A stretch of 64,000 nt of DNA. Source: an uncultured Gemmatimonadales bacterium (lineage in GTDB: Bacteria; Gemmatimonadota; Gemmatimonadetes; Longimicrobiales; Longimicrobiaceae). Positions 57,940 to 64,000 of the stretch are shown piece by piece. Location of the stretch: NCBI GenBank assembly GCA_963716255.1, contig OY970303.1, forward strand, positions 2,688,001 to 2,752,000. The letters run 5' to 3'. Each line of letters starts with the position of its first letter. The first letter of the stretch is position 1. Under the pieces are notes generated by a model. It saw only the letters and a program-made list of their open reading frames with translations, ran no database searches and had not been told where the DNA came from. The position numbers and the translations under genes were made by a program.

Positions 57940-58833
57940 GTCCTCTTCGTCCGGCACCTCGATGGCGACGCCCTCGGGAAGCCGCCGCATCCGCGGCAGG
58001 AGCGCGGGGACGGGAGCGTCGCGGAGCGCGTCCCACAGCTCCGGGAGCGCGTGGAACTCGGCCAGGCGCGCCAGGGTGCGGACGGTGGGCGGGAGCATCT
58101 TCAGCTCGCCCGCGTGGAAGCGGGCCACCGCCTCGGCCGGGGCCAGCCAGCGGGCGTCGGTCAGCTCCGCCTCGTGGACCACGCACTCGGCGCCCTCGGG
58201 GACGCGCGCGGCGAAGAAGCGGGTGTCGTAGCGGCGCGGCTCCGGCTCCGGGGTGATCCAGTGGGCGAGGTACACCAGGGCGTCGCCGGACAGGCGCAGC
58301 CCGTTCCCCACCGCCACCTCCCGCATCCCCACCACCCCGCCCAGCAGGGCGCGGCGCGCCACCTCCAGGCTCGCCTCGGCCCGGGCGTGCACGCCGCCCA
58401 CGCCGTCCCAGCGCCCCAGCAGGATGCCCGTCTCCTCGAAGGCCTCCCGCAGCGCCGCCGCCACGTACCCCTGCGCCTCCGCGCCGTCGGCGAGCCCCAG
58501 CCGCGCGGCCCACTCCGCGGGCGACGGCCCGTCGATGCGCTCGCCCAGGGCGGGGTCGCGGTCGGCGGGGTCCACCACGCCACCCGGGAACACCCAGGCG
58601 TCGGCGGCGAAGCCGCTGCGCCGGTGGCGGCGCAGGAGCAGCGCCTCGGGGCCGGCCGCGCCCTCCCGCAGCAGGACCACGGTGGCGGCGGGGCGCGGCT
58701 CGACCGGCTGGAAGTCGCCGGACTCCACCTTTTCGGCGAAGCCGGGGGGGAGGTGCTCCTCCGGGATCAAAAAGGTGTTCGGGTCGCCGGTGGGGCGGCG
58801 TGCGGCGGATGCGGCGGAGCGTTCGCTGGTCAT
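57928..58833 (-). CDS. NUDIX hydrolase (NUDT19-like)
   Basis: PRPAATVVLLR, WVFPGG.VD..D, AALREAFEETG and HWITP....RRYDTRFF. Confidence 0.9.
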   Translation of the reverse strand: MTSERSAASAARRPTGDPNTFLIPEEHLPPGFAEKVESGDFQPVEPRPAATVVLLREGAAGPEALLLRRHRRSGFAADAWVFPGGVVDPADRDPALGERIDGPSPAEWAARLGLADGAEAQGYVAAALREAFEETGILLGRWDGVGGVHARAEASLEVARRALLGGVVGMREVAVGNGLRLSGDALVYLAHWITPEPEPRRYDTRFFAARVPEGAECVVHEAELTDARWLAPAEAVARFHAGELKMLPPTVRTLARLAEFHALPELWDALRDAPVPALLPRMRRLPEGVAIEVPDEEDGSA

Positions 58834-58873
58834 GCGCGAACGATAGGCCATCCGCACCGCAGGGGCAAATCCG

Positions 58874-61150
58874 TCATAGCCCCCAGGCGGCGCGCACCGT
58901 CAGGCTGCGCCCGGGGTCCAGCGCGAACTCCTTGTAGCGGCTGAGGAAGCTCCGGTACGCAGTGTCCAGCGCGTTCTCCAGCTGCGCCTCCAGGCGCACG
59001 CGCCGCCCCACCAGCCGGGGCTCCCACCCGCCGCCCAGGTCCAGCAGCGCGTAGCCGCCCGGGGCGTACTCACCGGGCGCGGGGTGCGACTGGCGCGCCA
59101 CGCCCCGGAGCTGCGTCCACAGGTGCATCCCGCGGGCCGAGGCGCCTCCCTCGGGCCGCAGCTCCGCGCGCAGGAGCGCCCGCGGCGGCGGCATCAGCGG
59201 CAGGGGCCGGCCGGTGGCCGCGTCGGTCCCGCGCGTCACGTCCACCGCGCCGCGGAGCAGGAGCCCGCGCGCGGGCTCCACCTGCACGGCGGCCTCGCCC
59301 CCCCACAGCCGCGCCCGGGTCTGGGCGTAGCGGAAGACCCGCAGCCCCTGCCGCAGCTCGGCGGTGGGCGCGGCGTACAGGTAGTCGTCCACGCGGTGGC
59401 GGTATCCCTCCACCTCGGCTTCCACGCCGCGGCCCCGCCAGCGCAGCCCGCCGTCCAGGGCCAGCGTGCTCTCGGTGTCCAGCTCCGCCGAGCCCACGTC
59501 GAAGCGCGCCTCGCCCAGGCGGGGGCCGTTGGCGAAGAGCTCGAACAGGTTGGGGGCGCGCCAGCCGCGCCCAACCCCCGCGCGCGCGGCGAGGCCACCG
59601 CCCAGCTCCATCGTGCCCGCCAGGTTGAAGGTCGCCGCCCGCCACGTGCGCGAGCCGGAGGCCAGCCCCAGCTCCGCGTTGGGATCCCACTCCAGCCCGC
59701 GCCCGTCCGCGCGCGCGCCGGCGAGCAGCCGGACCGGGCCCAGCTCCACCTGCTCCACGGCGAAGAGCGCCGCGGTGCGCATGCGGGCGTCCGGCACCAG
59801 GGGCACGGGCCCGCGCGTGTCGTTGTGCTGGAGCAGGGCCGAGACGCCCACGGTCCCCTCCGCCCCGCCCCCGCCGCCGTGGTGGGCCAGCAGGTCGAAG
59901 CTGTAGGTGTCCAGCAGCAGGTCGAACTGCACCGACTCCTTGCCGGGCACCCGCTCGCCGTTCAGCTCGTCGGCCACCTCCACCAGCGAGTGGCGCTGCC
60001 ACTGCGCCCGCGGCTCCAGGCGGATCCCGCGCCAGGGGAGGACGGCCGCGGCCTGCACGCGGTCGTCGGACAGCTTGCGTTCCGGCCCCTCCTCCTCCGC
60101 GGGGTCCGCGGCGCCCACGCCGGCGCGCCCGGAGTCCGCCTCCAGCAGCTTGAACTCACCCCCGTAGCGGTCGTAGCGGACCACCAGGCTCCCCCAGTCG
60201 CCGCGTACGCCGCCGGCCAGCTCCCCGTCGAGCGCGCCGAAGCCGGTGTTCTCCACCTTGCCGCGGGGGGTGCGGTAGTCCTCCCCCAGCCGGCCGACGA
60301 CGGTCGCCCGCCACCCCGCGGCGCCCCGCGCGCCCTCGCCGCGGAGCACCAGGCCGCTCTCGCGGTTGTTGGTGGCGAACCAGCTTTCCGCGCCGGTGCG
60401 GACGAAGCCGCGGCGGCCCACCGCGTCCGGGAGCGGCTCCGGGATCACGTTCACCACCCCGCCCTCCGCGTCCGAGCCGTACAGCAGGCTGGCCGGGCCG
60501 CGGACCACCTCCACCCGCTGCGCGAGGCGGGCGTCGATGGAGGGCGCATCCTCGTCGCTCCACGAGTAGTCCTCCAGCCGCAGCCCGTCGGCGAGCACCA
60601 GCACCCGCGAGCCGGAGAAGCCGCGGATCACCGGCTTCCCCACCTGCTGCCCGGTGGAAAGCGTGGCGACACCGGGGATCCCCTCCAGCGCGTGCGCCAG
60701 CGACACCGACGACGAGGCGCGCAGCCGCTCGGGCCCCAGCGTCGCCACCGAGAGCGGCGACGCCGCGGCCGCCAGCGGGGTGCGCGCCGCCGTCACCACC
60801 AGGCTTTCCAGCTCCACGGGCGACTGCCGCAGCGCGACGCGGACGGGCTCCACGGTCCCGGGGCCGAACGCGACCACCGCGGGAGCGTGCCCCGGCAGGC
60901 GGAGCTGGAGGAGGTAGCGCCCGGGCGGGAGCCCCGCGAAGGCGAAGCGGCCGTCCGCGTCGCTGCGGGTCCTGCGCTCCAGCTCCACCACGGTGGCCTC
61001 GACCCCGGCCAGCGGGGCACCGCCGCCGTCGGTCACCACTCCGGTGAGGGTGTCCGCGGCGGCTCGGTGCACGGCCGGTGCGGCCGGCCGGGCGGCGCGC
61101 GGCGGGTCCGCGGTGTGGGCCGCGGCGGCGAGCAGCAGGGCGATCAGCAT
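58874..61150 (-). CDS. TonB-dependent receptor
   Basis: Carboxypeptidase-regulatory-like N-domain, LVVTA, plug (KPVIRG, RVEVVRGPASLLYGS..GGVVN), RAPNLFEL and C-terminal PGRS. Confidence 0.92.
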   Translation of the reverse strand: MLIALLLAAAAHTADPPRAARPAAPAVHRAAADTLTGVVTDGGGAPLAGVEATVVELERRTRSDADGRFAFAGLPPGRYLLQLRLPGHAPAVVAFGPGTVEPVRVALRQSPVELESLVVTAARTPLAAAASPLSVATLGPERLRASSSVSLAHALEGIPGVATLSTGQQVGKPVIRGFSGSRVLVLADGLRLEDYSWSDEDAPSIDARLAQRVEVVRGPASLLYGSDAEGGVVNVIPEPLPDAVGRRGFVRTGAESWFATNNRESGLVLRGEGARGAAGWRATVVGRLGEDYRTPRGKVENTGFGALDGELAGGVRGDWGSLVVRYDRYGGEFKLLEADSGRAGVGAADPAEEEGPERKLSDDRVQAAAVLPWRGIRLEPRAQWQRHSLVEVADELNGERVPGKESVQFDLLLDTYSFDLLAHHGGGGGAEGTVGVSALLQHNDTRGPVPLVPDARMRTAALFAVEQVELGPVRLLAGARADGRGLEWDPNAELGLASGSRTWRAATFNLAGTMELGGGLAARAGVGRGWRAPNLFELFANGPRLGEARFDVGSAELDTESTLALDGGLRWRGRGVEAEVEGYRHRVDDYLYAAPTAELRQGLRVFRYAQTRARLWGGEAAVQVEPARGLLLRGAVDVTRGTDAATGRPLPLMPPPRALLRAELRPEGGASARGMHLWTQLRGVARQSHPAPGEYAPGGYALLDLGGGWEPRLVGRRVRLEAQLENALDTAYRSFLSRYKEFALDPGRSLTVRAAWGL

Positions 61151-61242
61151 GGGGGAGTCTTCTCCGTGTGGGGTGGCAGCCTGGACGCGGGAGGATCGCT
61201 GGGCGTGGGGCGGACGCGGGAGCCGCCACCGGGCTCCGCGGC

Positions 61243-62211
61243 TTACCCCGCCGGCGTCTTGTAGCGCGGACCGGCGGGCGCGGTGAGCGGGGATCCCTCC
61301 AGGGAGGTCGTGTGCGGGAGGAGCTTGTCGATGTTCTTCCAGCCGGAGTCGCCCGAGATGAAGACCACGTCGCCCGTCACCTCCAGCTCGCGGGCCGTCT
61401 CCTGCGCCGCGTGGAAGACCCCGCCCGACTGCAGGCCCCCGAAGATCCCCTGGTCGCGGAGCTCCAGGGTGGCGCGGACCACCTCCGGCTCGGACACCTT
61501 GACCACGCGGTCGAAGATCCCGTCTTCGAACCCCTTGAGGATGAAGGGAGTCCTGTAGTCGCCGTCGTCGAAGCTCCCGGTCCCCGGGATCTTGGTCCCC
61601 TGCGCCGACTGCACGGCGACCACCTTGACGTGCGGCCGGTGCTCCTTGAGGTAGCGGGCGGTGCCGTACAGGGTGCCCCCGGAGCCCAGCGAGCCCACCA
61701 CCACCTCCACGTCGGGGAACGCCTGAAGGATCTCCGGCCCGGTCGCCTCGTAGTGGGCCTGCGGGTTGGCCCAGTTGTGAAGCTGGTCGAAGAAGCAGTA
61801 GCGGCCCGGCTCCTCGCGCTCCACCAGCTCGCGGCAGAAGCGGTTCCCCTCGATGGTGAAGTCGCCCACCTGGTACAGCTCCGCCCCGTAGTACAGGAGG
61901 AAGTTGCGCTTGTCCTGCGTGAGCTTGGAGCTGACGACCAGCGTGGTGCGATGCCCCATGAGCCGCCCGAAGTAGGCCAGGGCGCAGGCCATGTTGCCGC
62001 TGGAGGCGTCCAGGAGCGTCATCCCCGGCTGGAGGGCGCCCGAGTCGAGCGCATCCCGGATCATGTGCAGCCCCGCCCGGTCCTTGACGCTCCCGGTGGG
62101 GTTCCACCCCTCCAGCTTCACGTGCAGGCGCGCGTCGGGAGCGCGGGACGAGTGCACCCGCACGTGGGGAGTCCGCCCGACCAGGGCGGAGGTGTTGTCG
62201 TAGCGCGTCAT
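61243..62211 (-). CDS. PLP-dependent cysteine synthase family enzyme
   Basis: VGRTP, KLEGWNPTGSVKDR (PLP Lys), DASSGN and GSGGTLYG. Confidence 0.88.
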   Translation of the reverse strand: MTRYDNTSALVGRTPHVRVHSSRAPDARLHVKLEGWNPTGSVKDRAGLHMIRDALDSGALQPGMTLLDASSGNMACALAYFGRLMGHRTTLVVSSKLTQDKRNFLLYYGAELYQVGDFTIEGNRFCRELVEREEPGRYCFFDQLHNWANPQAHYEATGPEILQAFPDVEVVVGSLGSGGTLYGTARYLKEHRPHVKVVAVQSAQGTKIPGTGSFDDGDYRTPFILKGFEDGIFDRVVKVSEPEVVRATLELRDQGIFGGLQSGGVFHAAQETARELEVTGDVVFISGDSGWKNIDKLLPHTTSLEGSPLTAPAGPRYKTPAG

Positions 62212-62418
62212 CTCGTCACCAGGATCGATGGAGGTCGTCGTCCGCCCGTGCCCGCGCGCGGCGGAGCCGCGGTCACGGCGGTCGCGAGGACTGCGGGACG
62301 GACCGCGCCCCGCCTTCCAAGAATATTAGCCGCCAGACGGAGAGGCAGGCAATCCATGCCCTTTCTCGCGCGGGGCGACTCCCCGAACAGGCCGTTCCAG
62401 GAGCGGGCACGAGGATCC

Positions 62419-62461
62419 TTGACCCGGCCGCCCGGCTCCTTATACTTAAGCACATGCTTAA
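62419..62461 (+). promoter_or_regulatory. Sigma70 promoter plus palindromic operator overlapping the ArsR start codon
   Basis: TTGACC-N16-TATACT, and TTAAGCA-CA-TGCTTAA at 62446-62461. Confidence 0.75.
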
Positions 62462-62810
62462 CCAATCCCCACCGCTCGACCAGCTCTTCCACGCCCTCGC
62501 CGATCCTACCCGGCGGGCGCTGGTCGAGCAGCTGAGCCACGCGCCGGCCCCGGTGAGCGAGCTCGCCCGCAGCCTTCCCATGTCGCTCCCCGGCGTGATG
62601 CAGCACCTGCAGGTGCTGGAGGCGAGCGGGCTCGTCCGCTCCGAGAAGGTGGGGCGGGTGCGCACCTGCCGCCTGGAGCCGGACGCGCTGCGGACAGCCG
62701 AGCGGTGGATCAGCGAGCGGCGCGCGGGCTGGGAGCGCCGGCTGGACCGGCTGGGCGACTACCTCGCCGAGCACGACGACGACAACCCCGATCCGAGGAG
62801 GGAGCCATGA
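62454..62810 (+). CDS. ArsR/SmtB family transcriptional regulator
   Basis: LFHALADPTRR, VSELA, MSLPGVMQHLQVLE.SGLV and KVGRVRTC. Confidence 0.92.
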   Translation: MLNQSPPLDQLFHALADPTRRALVEQLSHAPAPVSELARSLPMSLPGVMQHLQVLEASGLVRSEKVGRVRTCRLEPDALRTAERWISERRAGWERRLDRLGDYLAEHDDDNPDPRREP

Positions 62811-63274
62811 CCGCACACTCCGTGACGCACGCCACCTTCGTCCTGGAGCGCACCTACGCCGCGCCGCCGGCCCGCGTGTTCGCCGCCTGGGCGGACCCGG
62901 TGGCGAAGGCCCGCTGGTTCTCCTGCCACGCCGAGCACGAGATGGACTTCCGGGTGGGCGGACGGGAGTTCTCCCGCGGGGGCGAGCCGGGCGGGCCGGT
63001 CTACACCACCGAGATCCGCTTCCAGGACATCGTGCCCGGCGAGCGCATCGTCTACAGCTACGACGTGCTCCGCGACGACGCGCGGATGTCCGTGTCGCTG
63101 GCGACGGTGGAGCTCCGGCCCGACGGCGCCGGCACGCGCCTGGTGTTCACCGAGCAGGGCGCCTTCCTGGACGGCCACGACACGCCGGCCGGGCGGGAGC
63201 TGGGGACCCGGGTGGGGCTGGAGCGGCTGGACGCCGAGCTGGAGCGTGAGCCCGCAGTCGCCGGGAGCGCCTGA
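62807..63274 (+). CDS. SRPBCC / AHSA1-like domain protein
   Basis: FVLERTY.APPARVFAAW.DP..KARWF, DFRVGG, DIVPGERIVY and GTRLVFTEQ. ATGA coupling to arsR. Confidence 0.9.
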   Translation: MTAHSVTHATFVLERTYAAPPARVFAAWADPVAKARWFSCHAEHEMDFRVGGREFSRGGEPGGPVYTTEIRFQDIVPGERIVYSYDVLRDDARMSVSLATVELRPDGAGTRLVFTEQGAFLDGHDTPAGRELGTRVGLERLDAELEREPAVAGSA

Positions 63275-63301
63275 ATCGCAACGGCTTCGAACTGCGGGCT
63301 C

Positions 63302-63430
63302 GGGCGTGCCCCCGGCTGGCGCCGGGGTCGGGCTTCGGCTCCGTAAGCCCGCAAACAACGCGGGCTAACGGAGTCGAGCCCCGCGAAACTGCCCGCGGAT
63401 CTCGCCCCTTCGGGCCGGAATCCCTCACGC
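63302..63430 (+). repeat. Family-A structured repeat, copy 9
   Basis: Stem AGCCCGC/GCGGGCT with loop AAACAAC. Confidence 0.95.
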
Positions 63431-63471
63431 GGGTCCCGCGCTGGCGTCCCCGGGGGGGCTTCCTTCGCCCG

Positions 63472-64000
63472 CTATCGCGGCGCGGGCGCCGCCGCGCCTG
63501 CGGGCTCCGCCGCCTGCTCGCGCTCGAAGGCGGCGAAGGCGCGCTCCAGCTCCCACTGGAGCCGCGCCTTCGCGCTCCGCGCCACCCGCTCGCGGCAGCG
63601 GCGCCCCTCCAGGCCGCCCGCGTCCGCGGCGCAGTCCGGCACCGGCTCGAAGCCGTCGGCCGCGCGCCACAGGCTCTCGCCTTCCACGAAGGCGTGCACC
63701 AGGGAGTTGCGCGCCATGGTCTTGAGCTCCAGGTAGCCCAGCCCCTGCTCGCGCGCCGCCCGCAGGTACTCCATGGTCATCTCCGAGCGGGACACGCCCT
63801 CGTCGTCGGTGGCGAGCGCCACGGGAACGCCCGCGGCCATGTACGCCGACAGCGGGTGGTCCGCGCCCTTCACCCCCAGGATCACGTCGTTGCTGGTGAG
63901 CGCGATCTCCACCAGCACGCCCCGGCGCGCCATCTCCCGCAGCAGCCCCTGCGCGTCGTCCTCGTGCATCACGTCCACGCCGTGGCCGATGCGCGCCGCC
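63472..64000 (-). CDS. Adenosine deaminase family protein, 3' part (start lies beyond the window)
   Basis: RIGHGVD, VEIALTSN, HPL and GVPVALATDDEGVSR. Confidence 0.88.
   Translation of the reverse strand, partial: AARIGHGVDVMHEDDAQGLLREMARRGVLVEIALTSNDVILGVKGADHPLSAYMAAGVPVALATDDEGVSRSEMTMEYLRAAREQGLGYLELKTMARNSLVHAFVEGESLWRAADGFEPVPDCAADAGGLEGRRCRERVARSAKARLQWELERAFAAFEREQAAEPAGAAAPAPR

Overview
This is a very GC-rich bacterial chromosomal window. Its gene style (stand-alone carboxypeptidase-regulatory-domain proteins, a DUF5715-like protein, dense palindromic intergenic repeats) suggests Gemmatimonadota/Longimicrobiales, which is an inference. Most of it is housekeeping and metabolic: glycerate kinase, D-2-hydroxyacid dehydrogenase, an ABC-2 exporter, large NAD-glutamate dehydrogenase, pseudouridine synthase, two histidine kinases, GlnRS-YqeY, NamZ, an AAA ATPase, NUDIX, a TonB receptor, a cysteine synthase family enzyme, ArsR-SRPBCC and a partial adenosine deaminase. 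Four things stand out. (1) A visibly lower-GC, tightly coupled six-gene island (32736-36775) encodes a metallophosphoesterase, a divergent dTMP-kinase-like protein, a thymidylate-synthase-fold protein lacking the catalytic Cys, a MazG-like NTP pyrophosphatase, a dUMP-hydroxymethylase-like thymidylate synthase homologue and an orphan ORF. It is a candidate pyrimidine-modification or anti-phage system with no phage genes nearby. (2) Nine copies of a ~130-bp multi-stem intergenic element show strong compensatory base changes, and one of its hairpins also occurs as free three-hairpin clusters. (3) An ECF sigma / anti-sigma-like / TPR-CHAT protease / unknown / subtilase locus (15101-22977). (4) A Cys-rich vanadium-haloperoxidase-like gene behind an AT-rich promoter. 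No CRISPR array, tRNA, rRNA, integrase or transposase was seen. All calls rest on motif reading only; no searches were run.
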